Assembly (NCBI GenBank): GCA_051294375.1
Contig: CM119268.1
Coordinates: forward strand, 11,257,710 to 11,321,709
DNA from: Paraspadella gotoi
Taxonomy: Eukaryota > Animalia > Chaetognatha
Length of the DNA: 64,000 nucleotides
Direction of reading: 5' to 3'
Part shown: positions 1-12,485 of the stretch, piece by piece
Layout of the letters: the number at the start of each line of letters is the position of its first letter
How positions within the stretch are numbered: position 1 is the first letter of the stretch
Notes under the pieces: model-generated
Database searches by the model: none
The model's input: only the letters and a program-made list of their open reading frames with translations
Told to the model about the DNA's origin: nothing
Position numbers and translations under genes: made by a program

Positions 1-556
1 CGAGACTCTTGCCTCTCAAGAGTAGCGAATATATTCGGTCATCATTTCATATACGGCATCCTCTTAAATACGTATACTAGTTTAGTGGCTTTCTTACCTT
101 CTTAACGCCTGCATTCTTTAACGTCGGCAAAGATGGAAGCCTTGGAAGTCAATTTTTCTATTTAGCAATTTTGTTTTTTAATGTAAATCAAATCTGGAAG
201 TTAGACGTGAGAGTTATAAGTCGATCTTGGCAAAAATAAAAAAAAATATTCCCCGAGAGAAACAAAATATGTTTAGGTTCAACATTCAACAACGTGCAAT
301 GTTAAAAATAATTGATATTAGAGCCAAATTCTGGAATGTTTTGATATTAGTACATGAGAGTATCACAGCAATGCGTGGAGACATGTATGAACAAGTAAGC
401 GTTCATTCACGAGAAAGGGGCACAGAGTGAGATTAGCCGATAACAGAATTAGTTTAATTACTGAAGAAAAACACAAAGAGAGATTTAGGAAGAGAAACAC
501 TGCATTATTCACGGTACGCGCAGGAATTTTGAAGACTCGTCCGGCGTCATTTGCCT

Positions 557-3500
557 TTAGAGAGGGTCCATTTCCAAGGTTTGGTCCCTCTCGTGTTGCG
601 CAACGCGAGAGAGATACTGAGTCTCCCAGCGAAGGGCCAGTCGAGAAGGTCCGCTGCCCATGACGCAACAGAACTGCAGCAGGTTATAGCAGAGACCCGC
701 GTCAAAAGGTTCCAGGTCATCTTCCAGCTCGGCCAAATAAGTGATGCGGTGGCGAGAAGTCATCTCCCACGTAGTAGCATTCACGCTGAGAAGAAAAAAA
801 AGGGAAAAATTCTATTTTCGAGAAGAGTCACTCGTTTCTCCGAAAAAATTTGAAATTAAACAAGTTGGAGTAAACAATACCGGATCTGCTTACGATCATT
901 TAGCGGTAATTAAATCTTGAATGATTGTTGACTGTTTAATCGATTGACTAAATCATTAATGGGGATGGATTGATAGATTTATTGATTATCGTTGAGGTCG
1001 TTATAGATGTTATAATTGTTGTAATATTTATTTTTGCTGCATGTATATACAATTTATACATTTCTTACGTAAAAAAGGAAAAAAAATCTTAAAGTATAGT
1101 GATCTCGCCAGACGTTACTTTCAAAGAAAATTAATGAAAAAATAAAAAAAAAATGAATGATTGATGCGATAATTATTGATATAATAATAAAAAACAAACA
1201 AATGAATGGAGGAATATGAAACATAACAATTTAAAAGACCTCAATGATGGGAAGCCATATCTAAACTTGTAGTTTCCTATAGTTACACACTTAAGCTATT
1301 TTCAATCTTAAAACAGCGTGACGATAGGGTGTTTCACCCAAATTTGAAAAGTTTTCAGATCTTCATTTACATCTAGGAAAATATGTTGGGAGGTAAAAAA
1401 ATAAGATTGTACTACTTTTTGTCAAAATTGATTCAACACCCTTAGTGCTACCCTCGCCTAAAGGATAAAAAAGCACACCTTGGGCACATTTTCGTCAATT
1501 GACTGAATCCTAGTGAGCCAATCCACGTCCAAAGGATCTTATTAATTGCCCCACCTTCTAAGGATGATGCAGTAAAAATTTCAGCTTTCTATCATTACGA
1601 AGGCTCACACTACAGCAGTTACTGTGTGATGGAGTATAGAGAACAGAAGGCTTTAAACATTTAAACTCAAAATAAAATCATTTCTCTTCAGATCTAATAT
1701 TTTTTTTATATAATATCATACTAGTAGGAGCCAAGTGTCCTATTTTTTAAAAGGTGTGCCCACATCCTGGTGGATACTTCCTGTACAAAATAATAAAAAC
1801 ATATATCACATTATATATCACTTACTTTTTCAACAGTTTTTAAATCTACAGTGTTAATTGTGACATAGTAATTAGTAGTCGTCTTGCAACAGTTCAATGG
1901 ACCCTTAAAATTATCATGTCTAGATTAATATTGAAAACATGGACAAGTAGTGAGATCAGTTAGGGTAGAATAGCATCATTAATTTTTCATAAAATTAAAG
2001 TTGCATTTAAGTGCGGCTCCATGAAAATTTTAAGGGTCTATTGCACTGTTGCAAGATGACTAATAATTAGTATGTCACAATTAACACTGTAGATTTAAAA
2101 ACTGTTAAAAAAGTAAGTGATATACAGTAGTGATTTATGTTTTTAATATACAGAAAGTATCCACCAGGATGTGGGCACACCTTTTAAAAAATAGGACACT
2201 TGGCTCCTACTAATATGATAATATATACAAAAAATATTAGATCTGATGAGAAATGATTTTATTTTGAGTTTAAATGTTTAAAACCTGCTGTTCTCTATAC
2301 TCCATCACACAGTAACTGCTGTAGTGTGAGCCTTCGTCATGATAGAGTGCTGAAATTTTTACTGCATCATCCTTAGATGGTAGGGCAACTAATAAGATCT
2401 TTTGGACGTGGATTGGCTCACTAGGATTCAGTCAATTGACGAAAATGTGCCCAAGGTGTGCTTTTTTATCCTTTAGGCGAGGGTAGCACTAAGGGTGTTG
2501 CACCAATTTTGACAAAAAAGTAGTACAATCTTATTTTTTTACCTCCCAACATATTTTCCTAGATGTGAATTAATATCTGAAACCTTTTCAAATTTGGGTG
2601 AAACACCCTAGCGTGACGACAGCACAAAGAAATAATACTAAATGGTTATCTACGCCCAAGACGGGCTTAAGCTCGTCTGGCGAGATAAAAATAAAAAATG
2701 TTTTATTTTTTCAATTGAAACTCATTTTTTCCGGAATTTGATATTCAGGCTTTCAGCTTAGTCTACCAATTCGACCCACACGCAAAATTTCAATTAAACG
2801 ATCTAATCAATTATAAATCATGGGCGGTCGAAGCTTAGGGTGTTTTACAGGGAGTGATTTAAAACTTTAAAAATGTGTATCACTTCATCTTTTTTTTTTT
2901 TATGATGCATCGGGTATATTTTAATTGAAGCTACTTAACCAGACCTTTTTTTAACTATTAATGCAATGCAACAAGCACTGCTGAAAAAACCACTCCTGCC
3001 ACAGCACTCAAAAGAATCACAGCTGCTCTTCATAAATGCTTCTGAAAGATTGTGTCACAGCTCGAAGACGGTTTTAATATTTTGATTGAAAGTTATATGG
3101 GTCTCCCCCTTTAAAACGCCCTACTTAGCACAGTTTAGGGGATTTAGATGTGGATATTATCAAGCCCGAAAATCCTTCAATCAAATATTAAAATATTGCT
3201 TCAGCTGAAATCTTTTTTTTTCAGCTATATACAACAATGCCCTCTGTTACAGCCATGCATAATAACCCAAATAGTATTGGCTCTTTATAAATGTCGCCTA
3301 GTAGCAAAAATATAAGGAAGTCCCAACTACATCAGTTATCGACTTCATAAGCTCACAAGAGATGGCACTCAACCATAATGGCTGATTCAGTGTGAACTCG
3401 ATTAATAAAAGCAATTCTAAGATGATATAAATTTTTTTTTCTTAAGGTTAAAATAAGTCTTGTTAAACGGTGGCAGTTTAATAGCCATAGGATAGTAAAG

Positions 3501-5164
3501 ATAAGATGTCCTAATAAATATTTCTAAATGGAGTTCTTCAATTGCTCTCTTTAGAATTTTCCTTTTAGCATAGAAATCAGCTATTAGCGCGCATATTTTT
3601 GGTTTTTACGTATGCTACTATTGCTACCTGCAGCATTCTTATAAATGGCTCTAAACGACTCGGGCTTGAACGGTTTAAAAGGTTTAAAAGCTAAGGGGGG
3701 TCGCAAAGGCGGAATTCATTTTTATTTAAAAATGATTTACCGACAAACTTTAGAGGCCGGACCGATGGACCCACAAAGTGAATTATAGATCCGAAATTTG
3801 CCATAAGCAGATCCGGATAAAAAGTCGACATCCGCGCAACCACCTGGCAAGGTAGGTGTGAAAGGCGAGAAGTCCAATGACCATCCCTATGGAGGGGACC
3901 AGGATCACGAAATTGATAATGTATCCTAGGTTATCGAGAACGCGCTCCATACCCGGCATAGACATGTCCAACCTCATAATGCTTTTAGAGTTGATGTATA
4001 AAGAAGCCGAAAGGACTATTCCCTCTGCAAAATACGTAGTAACGATTAAACGTAAAATCACAGTGGTCGTTTGGTAAATTAAATATGTTTTTATTAACGA
4101 CTGACCGAAAAAAAGAAACCACCAGAAGGCGGCGTGATTTCTCTGCCCCACGCAAGTTTCGAGCCACGGACAATGATGATCGTATCGCCGAACGCAAAAA
4201 CCGCAGTCCTCGCAGTGTCTCGTCCGCAAGGGTTGAGGAATACCGCAAAAGCCGCACTCGCGCAGCAGAGGTTTCGAGGGATCGTGGGGCATGCGATAAC
4301 GAGTGGCCGGGTCCACCACTGAACGAGCATTGCGTTTGTTTTACAGAAACTTATGTAGATAAAATTTCTTGGTAATTTTTAACTTACCCCCGTCGACCTT
4401 GGTGAAGTCGTTCCAAAATCTTCCTCCTCTCGATTCAACATCGTCGCGGTTCTGCTGCCCGTCTTCCTTGGGGTCGTTGGGCGGAACGAAGCCAGGATCG
4501 CGACAACACGTAACGAAATAAAGGACGAGGGCGACGGCGTATAGAAATAAATATCCCAGGCCGCAAGCCACGTCCTGGAAGGAGACGGCGGCGCCGTCCT
4601 CGCGCCCAACGAAAGTGTCCGTCAATGCCTCGCGCATGATAGAGTTTCGGTGGCCCGAGAAGACGGTGAGAACGAAGGCGGAAAGCGCAACGTGGATGCC
4701 GCGAGCCAGCATCGCCTTGAAGCGGCGCCGATGTCGCCGCCGCTTCGACGCGTCAACGTCGGCGCATGGGCACCGCGAACGGCGGCGCCAAGGGTTTTTG
4801 CCGCTCAGAAGGCGGCGCGCGCGCTGCTGGGATGTGAGTTTCTTTGGAGGCAGACGAGCAGGGGATAGGCCGTTGGGGCTGGTATAGGTGGCGGAAGGGC
4901 CAGGTAATGACTCGGATTTCGAGATTTGAGTTTGCATTCTTACCCTTGATCCTCGCCGCTGCTGCGAGCATCTATCTCGCGATTCTCCGCGTCTTCGGCC
5001 GTTTCGTTCTCGCTGTTTGCGATGTCCTCGTCGTCGTCGGCGTCTTCTGGACTTTCTGGCCACGCGACACCAGCATGACGTACTTCTGGCGTATGTTGAC
5101 TCAAAGCTTGATACTCTTTTGAGTTACGCCACGGGGCCGCCGCGGCGACTCGGGACAGCGCCAT
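557..5164 (-). CDS. ZDHHC12: DHHC palmitoyltransferase, ZDHHC12-like; multi-exon, last exon (557-~786) separated by a ~3-kb repeat-filled intron
   Basis: DPGFVP motif and Cys-rich domain [42 protein letters not shown]-terminal TTWE and PFDAG...NL motifs lie in the 557-784 ORF. GT-AG junctions join the ORF pieces. Paralog assignment is from memory of the family. Confidence 0.85.
1091..2688 (+). mobile_element. Non-autonomous Helentron/DINE-like (HINE) element, family A, copy 1 (interrupted by a foldback element)
   Basis: Begins aaagtatagtgatctcgccagacg and ends with a hairpin plus cgtctggcgagataaaa (subterminal inverted repeat TCTCGCCAGACG/CGTCTGGCGAGA). The same ends occur at 15511 and 32461. 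Confidence 0.75.
1325..2610. mobile_element. Foldback/MITE-like DNA transposon with ~600-bp inverted arms and 9-bp TSD (Mutator-like)
   Basis: Arms 1325-~1919 and ~2020-2610 are near-perfect reverse complements (tagggtgtttcaccc...gggtgaaacacccta). GCGTGACGA is directly repeated at 1316-1324 and 2611-2619. Confidence 0.9.
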
Positions 5165-5912
5165 ATTCGTAATTGACCTCGACTAAGATAACTTTTACTT
5201 CACGCTTCGAAGTTACGTCCCATGTCAAGTTGATAATCCCAGCAGACACGAGTGGCCAAGTTTGGATGGTCACATTTTAAAAAAAAAAATTTTAAATACT
5301 AATGCTAAAATAAATTAACAGGGTTCTCATAAAAAATTATCAGTAATGTTAGAACTGAATTTAAAAAGCTTTAGATCGTGTAAAAAATGGAAAAATCATT
5401 TTTTTAAAAATTAATAACAATTTAGCTAAAAATGAGTCGTTGGCATTCATAATAAATTTACAAAGTAGGTATAGAACCCATATCTTCGATGTTGTCAGTA
5501 AATCAATAATTAACTATACAAAATCCCCGTTGAATTTAAAACCTAAAGTTTTACTTAATCATATTATCATTTAGGTATTACATCACTAATGACAGGCAAA
5601 AATAAAGATAACAATTAGGCCTTAGTGGTATTTGTTTTGGTTTACTATTCAGCCGTTAAAGAGTAAAGTACAGTAAAGTAAAGAATTTCCCCGTTTACAT
5701 GGTGAACGGTTCGGAAAAGAAAAAAATTCAAATGAGGTCACATGCTTAAAAAATAGACTAGCAGCGAAAAAAACTTCAAGAAACGTGACGGAGAATTTAT
5801 ATTACAAAAAAAAAATTTCTCTGTCCGACTAGATTCCAAAGATAAGACAAAAAAAACCACGAGTCGTTCTAAAATGATCTCCCAGAGATCAGAAAGTCGA
5901 TTTCCAATCTCT

Positions 5913-8900
5913 TCACTTGTTTCTAACGAACCCAGAAACGGGCGGGGGACCGAGAGGAGGCGGAGCAGAGTTTGTCGTCGAGGCCAAAGGCGTAGGTGCG
6001 AGCGGCGACGGATAAAAGTCGCTGTCAATGCGCATCGTCGGAGGAAACGCCAGTCCCGCATAAGGAGGCGTCGGAGCGGGCGGAAAAGTCGGAGGAGCCA
6101 TCGTAGACTCCGCCTGAATGCCGAAAAGCGTCGGCGGAGGCTGGGGATGTGAAACAGGGCTGGTTTGCTTGGCTCCCACCGGGCCCGCCTCTGAAACGCC
6201 GGTCACCACGTGGATCTCTCTTTTTCCAATTGTGATTCCGAGGAGAGAGTAAATTTCACGGCACATGAACAGCACAGTGTCCTCCGACTCCCAGTAGCAA
6301 AGGTGAGAGGTGAAGGCGAACATGTATTCGTTGAGCGACTCGAAGGGAGCTTCTTGAAGTACGAAATCTACTCGGCGTCCACCGTTAAGGGCGCCCATGT
6401 CGACGTCGTCCTCGGTCTGGGTCGACAAGTCCGAAACGGAAAAACGTCGCTGGTCTTCGGTGCCGCCGCTCACGTCATTCACCACACTATTTACGGCGCT
6501 TTCTACCTCCGAAGTCGTCATGTGATATTTCGCAAAATCGCTGATGGTGGACCAAGTAGACTTGAGCGATTCCATCAACTGAGCCTTGATGTTGGACCCA
6601 AGGGAGGCCAATGATTCCCTGAAATAATAAAAATACAAGTTTCCACTAATTCTTTATCTGTTTTTTTTCATTTTCTGGAGGAATCAACCGCTATCTATTT
6701 GACGAGACTGACCCTCGCTTATTACCTTTCTCCATACTCACCTTAGCTCCAGATGCAAGCGCTTTCTTCCTTTATGGTGGGGAATCATAACGGGCTTAAG
6801 TTTGAGGTGTGGGTGAATGAGAGGTTCGATTCGGTAAGCGACAGGATCGAACGGATGAAAAACGTTGAAGAAGCTACCGCAGTTAGGAAGTTTAAAGTCA
6901 ACACCGATGGCGGTCAGTCCGCGAACCGTCAGAAACATGCCTATTTAAAAAGTATGGATTGAGAACAATAAATCAATAAATGTAAAGAATGCAGAGTAAA
7001 TTTAATATTCTTTCAAGCAATTCACAGAAATTCAGTAAAAACTTTTTACCGATTGGTGAACCCAGCGCGAAGCAAGAAACGGGGGTAAAGGCGAGCTTTG
7101 GGTACTTGACAAATGGTTGGCCAGTTCCTGCCATGCCGACTTCGTAAGAAACGTGAGAGATAGAGACGCTTCTTTCGGCGACGTCCCTTTCATTCGAGGG
7201 CTCTGCCGCGGCTGCGGCCGCCTCCCGTCGCTGCTTTTCTTCGGCGCGTTTTTCATCGATGTACACGAGCAGCTTCTTCCGTGGACCCATAGGAATTCCC
7301 AGTTCCCTCAAGTCAGATTCTCCGCAAATGAGCAAAGTCTCCATATCGATCCTTTCCGCTTCCAACTTGGGCGCCACGTCAGTAATGTCGAGACGCGCCA
7401 GGAGATCGCCAAGCTCTTCTACCGTCTCTTCCACTTGCTCCTCTTGGACCGAATCCTCCTCTTCCTCCTGTACCGTCGTCACCTGCTCGGCTGCCTCCTC
7501 TTCGTCCTTCTGATGTCTCAAGACGTCGAAGAGAATGAGAGAGCCAAGGCTGTGGCCGATGAGGGAGACGCGCCCAGCAAAATCGGGGTTTCGTTCAAGA
7601 AATAGGGCGTGGAGTCTGTTGATCTCGCCGACGACGGTCTCGGCGATCGTTTGGCAGTATTTCGGCGACGTGTAAAAGAGGATGTCGAGAAGAGTCTCGT
7701 TGGTAAAATTGCGAAGACGGCCGATGCTGTTGAGAGTGATCTGCTTAAGGGCAGCATCGACGCCTGTTGCGTCCCCGTGAAGCGCCTCGTGCCAAGCGAC
7801 GGGTAGAAACTCGAGCCGACCGACGCGGCCGCTCTCGCGGTGCTGCTTGAAGTGAGATTCGAGCAGCGTTTCGTGGATGGCGCGCATCCCGTCGACGCAT
7901 TCGAAGATAGAGCGGAAACGAAGGTCGCAGACGGGACCGATGCCGTGGCAGACAAAGAACAAGTGGTCGATCTGTTCTGACTCCCCATCCTCGATGGAGG
8001 GGAGGAATGTGTCATCGAGACCCCGCTTGACAACGCGAGGGCGAGACTGACCTTCTTGGACGGTGCCCCACTCGTCGGGCTCGCTGTTCGGCATGAAGTG
8101 GACCATGGCGTGAGGAGAATGCATAACGATGATTTCACCAGCCGGAAATTCCAGCCTCTGATGCCAGACGCCGGTCGTCATAGCTTGTCGATAGTGATCC
8201 TCCAACTGATCGGCTAAATCTTCCTGATACGGAACGAATCTGAAATAAAAATTGAAATAAATTGAAATAAAATTGAAATAAAATGAATCTAACTTCGTAC
8301 AGGGATAATCAATGGATTCATACATGTAATTAACATGTAATTAACTGCTTGCATAGAACCTGTTGTCAGAGTCGCCCTTGTAAAACCAAGAACATCTTCT
8401 AACTTCTGAAGGCGTTTCCTTCCAGTAGATGGCCTCACGAAGTCTCGTTTCCATATTCACGTCGTAACGGTTCCCTAAAATTTAAAAATAAATAATCGAC
8501 ACGGAACGTTAAAGAAATTTAAAATAAATCGTCTTCAAGTCATTTTTACCGTCGGTGCTAATTATAAGCGCCCCCAGCTCTTCCTCTTCTTCGTCGCAAA
8601 CTTCGTTGTAAGCTTCTTCGAGTCCGATCGAGTCGATCCAAGTGAAAGGATGCCAGACTTTTTTGTTTTCCACCTGATTACAATAAAACCAATGATGCGA
8701 GACTGGCACGTACGATTGCGTGGCGGCAGGAGCCGCAAGAGATGTCGATGAAGATGTAGGCGGTGGCGGCGGCATCATAACCGGGGGCGCGTAACTGCCA
8801 GCAGCGGCTGGGGCCTCGGAAGGCGTTAAAGGGACGCTGCCTGAGCCTCCCACAGAGGGCGCCATGAATGATCCCAAATTTGGGTAAGACCTAGATGTTG

Positions 8901-11900
8901 GAAATGTTGGGGTCTGATTCGTAGCGGGAAGAGGAGCCGGAGACGGAGAGAATAAACCGATGGGCGATGGCGTGGACGTCGCGCCTACACTCTCAATGCC
9001 GCTGCCGCTGCCCCCGCCGGCACCGTGAAGCATTCCATGATGAACGCGCTGCCCCATTATCCCCTGGTTAAGCCGAAACCCTGCGTTAGTCAAGGAAGCT
9101 TTCGGCGGCGGCGCCACGTTCGGCGGTGGATCGTAGTTCTTGAGAACGACGTCGTCAACGGAGCGAGGAGCGGCGCTAACCGGCGGCGGCGCTGGAGGCT
9201 GCGCCGAATGTTGGGATTGAGAAGGCTGTGGCGGTATGAAATACGAGGGAGCATGAGGAGGAGCGCAAGGAAAAGAACCAGAAGGAACGGCAGGAGCAGC
9301 AGCGGAAGTTGACGAGCTTTGAGCGGTGAGTGAGGTTGAACTAGAGGAATGAGATGCATTGGATGGAAAAGTAGGAACGGCGTCAAAAGAAGGATGAGGA
9401 GGAAACTGAGATTGAGAGGGAGCGGGTGGTCCGACTTTGGGTCCGATGGTGAGCGATGAAGAACTTGCCGCACTGGAAAAGATTACAAATCTATTACGTA
9501 GGGTATAGTGCGGGGTAATTCGGAACACTTTAGTAAGTAATCAATTTTTTCATATAATAAATCAATTTCTGAAAACAATTTTAAGGTGATATACCACTCA
9601 AAGTGTCCCCTCTACAGGTTGATGCAGTCGTTTTTATTTTGCGGCCCTTAGGAGCCGCATTTCTTGAAGAAATGAAAGTGTATTAATAATACTATAATAA
9701 TTTTTTCCGCCTAATTATTTAAAAAATGTAGCTAATAGTAATTATATTTTATAAATTATTACTAACCTGTTATAAAAAGGATATGAGGTAATACAGAACA
9801 CTTTCTTTACAGTTTTTCCGTTTTAATTGTATCTATGTAAAAAATAATTAAATAATTGTGGCGACGACGTTTTCGTCGCCACGGATTTGACCCCAGTTGG
9901 CCACTCTGTTCGGTGGTCGCTCGGGAAGCCGGCTACTGATCTGATCTCTCTCTCTCTCTCTCTTTCTCTCTCTTACTTGATCAGTGCCGCGCTCTCTACC
10001 TTTAGTTCTCTCACGATCTCTCATTGTAACAACATGTCTCTAATATTGTATCATTGCTAATAAATGTACCTCTACATAATCTTTTCGAAATGCTCTCAAC
10101 AATAACTAAAAATAAACGGTCTCGTCTAGAACATAAGGAAGTGGTCTTTTCATAGAATTGAAACATTCTTTGAAATATTATATACCACTTCATTGATAGC
10201 CAGGTACTCCGGTAGTGAATAAACGAGACTGTGAGAGAGTCTTGATTGAAAGCTTGCAGGGACCTGCTATGTCATTATCTTGTAAGAGTGATGGAGGCCT
10301 AAAACCACCAAAGCCTGTCCAAAATCAGGGGCAAGATGGCTTATTTATTAAATATGCGATTTATTTCGAATTCAACATGGTTGATTCAGTACTGAAGAGA
10401 CAGTAATTATTGTTATGAGTTAGTGATAGAACCGTTCAATATAAGCAGTCCCTGAGCTTCGGATCAGGCTGTAACACCATGTTACAGGCGGGTTAAGCGC
10501 CCCGTCCCTCTAAACTGCCAGACGACCACCGGGCTAGAACCCCGGACCTTTGGGTTGGGAGGCGAATGACTTGCCTCCGGCACCAATGGCCGCTGATGAA
10601 CGGTTGGTGGGTTTTAGTCCACCATAGTACAAACAATAAGCTCAAGCAAGACTAGGTATAAACAAAAAACCAAAAAAAACAAAAATTAATTAAATAGTAG
10701 TAAATATTGAGGACAGTGTCTTTCGACAAATAGATTTTTGTAATTAAATTTTTTCTACGTTTGTTAAACATAGTGAAGATGTCCTGGTAACCAAAGAATA
10801 GTTTCCCATCTGTTAAATCCAAAAGATCTTTCGTACGCCATCATTGATAGCTACATTGAGTTTGTTCATGTCTTTAGCTAAAAAAGTCTTTACTTCACAA
10901 CCATAGAGCAAAATAGGAACACCATTAGAGTAAAACAATTTCATGAGTAATTCTTGAGACGGTTTGTATAAGGCATTAATTATGCAATTGCTCGATCGAT
11001 AAAAAGATGCGAGTTCTTTGGTAGGGTCAAATAAAGATCCCTTTTTACTTGATAGGTGAAATCCAAGATAAGTCCATCAGTTTATTAACTCTATTGGATG
11101 GATCATATTGAATGGATAATTTTTATATTGGTTGTACCAATTTCATATATATTAATATTTAACAGTCATATTAGTTATTATTACATTTGAAAACGACTAT
11201 TCAAAGACGAAATTTGACAAGCAACTTTGAAATTGCTGCTGCAGGTACTGAAGCAGCGGCGAAATGCCGTAAATTTATTATGGAAAGTCAAGTTGGTAAA
11301 ATAATTAATGTACCAAAAAAATTATAAAAGATAAGCACACAATTTCTTTATTTAATTTTATATTACGGTGTTCCTAATTACCCCGCACTACCCTTTAATA
11401 ACCACTTAACCGTACTTTCTCACCTATGCGTGCTCGAAGGTCGCGAAGAAGTCTGAAACTCCGGCGTAGCAGAGTCTCTCGTAAACGAAACAGGAGCGGC
11501 GAAGGCTTCGTTTCCGAACGGCGATCCGGCGGGGGCGGCGGAAAAAAAGTTGGCGGGCGAAAACGGTGGGCCACTAGAAGGCGCTTTTAGAGGAGGGAAT
11601 GGAGAAGGTCCCGAGAGAAAACCGCCTAAGAGGAGTGAAATATTGCGTAAAAAAAGGCCATCCAAACAAGAAAAAACTACTTTGAGGCGGTATATTCAAA
11701 CCGCCTCTCATTCATCATCATTCACTGAATGAATCCAAACATTCAGCCAATCCCATTGGCTCAGAGGGGGAACGGCGTTGCGTTCCATCCACAGTCCTAA
11801 CGACTTCCCTCTATGTTGGCAAAGCGAAACCGTCCTATGGTAACCGCGCCAGTAACAGGCGTCACTGAGGGTCGGAAGCCCCCAAAGCCAACAGTGAGAT

Positions 11901-12267
11901 GCCCCATCCCAATGGGCATCACAGGCAACCCGGCTGTTGCCATTTATTGTAAAAGCTTCTCACCCGAAGAGGTGGCCTGTAAGTCCTCCACCTCGAAATT
12001 CTCCAGATCCTCTGCCCCAGGAAGCGGTGAGCCCATCGTCATGACAGGAAAGGGACTCCCCTTTGCAACCGTCATCGAGTCCCCCTGTGCGGCGTCGGCA
12101 GAAGCCGGCACCAACAAGGGGACGTTGTCGTCAAGAGTCGAATCCATCGTCAATCCACGGCCGCCGCTCATCAGCAGCAGCGGTGGCGGAGTTTCGGTTT
12201 TCACGTCGCGGGATGACGGGTGGAGTCGAGGCATGCGGTTTGCGCGGGGCGACGAAGAAGACGACAT
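5913..12267 (-). CDS. SEC23IP: SEC23-interacting protein / DDHD2-type intracellular phospholipase A1 (Pro-rich N-terminus, WWE-like region, lipase, SAM, DDHD)
   Basis: [10 protein letters not shown], lipase GHSLGS, SAM-like ([14 protein letters not shown]) and DDHD motifs [16 protein letters not shown] and [11 protein letters not shown]. Exon 1 is 12267-~11964, exon 2 ~11625-11423, further exons from ~9472; GT-AG boundaries. SEC23IP versus DDHD2 orthology is not resolvable by eye. Confidence 0.9.
10400..10593 (-). mobile_element. tRNA-derived SINE (Gly-like head)
   Basis: The minus strand starts GCGGCCA...TGGTCGT (pairing acceptor stem) with A-box-like TGGTGCCGGAGG and B-box-like GGTTCTAGCCC. 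The body recurs at ~41433-41510 (+), and adjacent sequence 10289-10350 recurs at ~35986-36046. Confidence 0.7.
10797..11076 (-). mobile_element. Degenerate non-LTR retrotransposon (LINE) fragment, region C-terminal to the RT core
   Basis: Manual translation WTYLGFHL...[20 protein letters not shown]...[14 protein letters not shown] / GFNRWETI (one frameshift). YLG and PxLLYGxE are typical of the LINE ORF2 RT thumb region. Confidence 0.75.
11683..11942 (+). mobile_element. ~260-bp structured dispersed element carrying a twister ribozyme fold, copy 1 (SEC23IP intron 1, antisense)
   Basis: Clearly homologous end to end with 38826-39078. TG...CA termini and multiple hairpins. Confidence 0.85.
11814..11893 (+). 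ncRNA. Predicted type-P5 twister ribozyme, copy 1
   Basis: P5 UGUUGGC/GCCAACA; P2 CCGC/GCGA; UAA cleavage motif at 11841-43; T2 GC/GC; P3 CAGUAAC/GUCACUG; P4 GGG/CCC around L4 UCGGAAGC; T1 CCG/CGG. The conserved L1 GA reads AA in this copy. Confidence 0.72.
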
Positions 12268-12485
12268 GGCGGACGAGATTCGCCGAAAAGGCTTTGTTTC
12301 TATTAAATTGTTGGGTAATTAATAATGCGAAGTTCTCTTCGAATGTCGATTAGGACTAAATTAAAAAAAACAAAAAAAACAGCAGCTGAATGCCAATTGA
12401 AATGTCATTACAACTGATGACATTTTAACCCGAAGACGGAAGAACATAATAAATAAAAGCGAGAAAGACGAAGAGAGAGTTGGCT

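Noticed and set aside
98-114. Possible first exon (MQALR|GTAAGA) of a 15th minus-strand gene
   Set aside because: It has a good donor and fits the operon pattern, but it is too short to support and is cut by the window edge.
10486-10548. Twister-like words on the minus strand (CCGG-GGTTCTAGC-CCGG...GAGGG...TAACCCGCC)
   Set aside because: P2 cannot form. The stem-loop is better explained as the T-arm/B-box of the tRNA-derived SINE head.
10521-10593. Possible tRNA-Gly gene
   Set aside because: The D and anticodon arms pair poorly and the sequence runs into a dispersed repeat body, so it is called a SINE.
11813-12322. 169-aa plus-strand ORF overlapping the twister element
   Set aside because: It is a chimera of repeat sequence and the antisense of SEC23IP exon 1, and is not preserved in copy 2.
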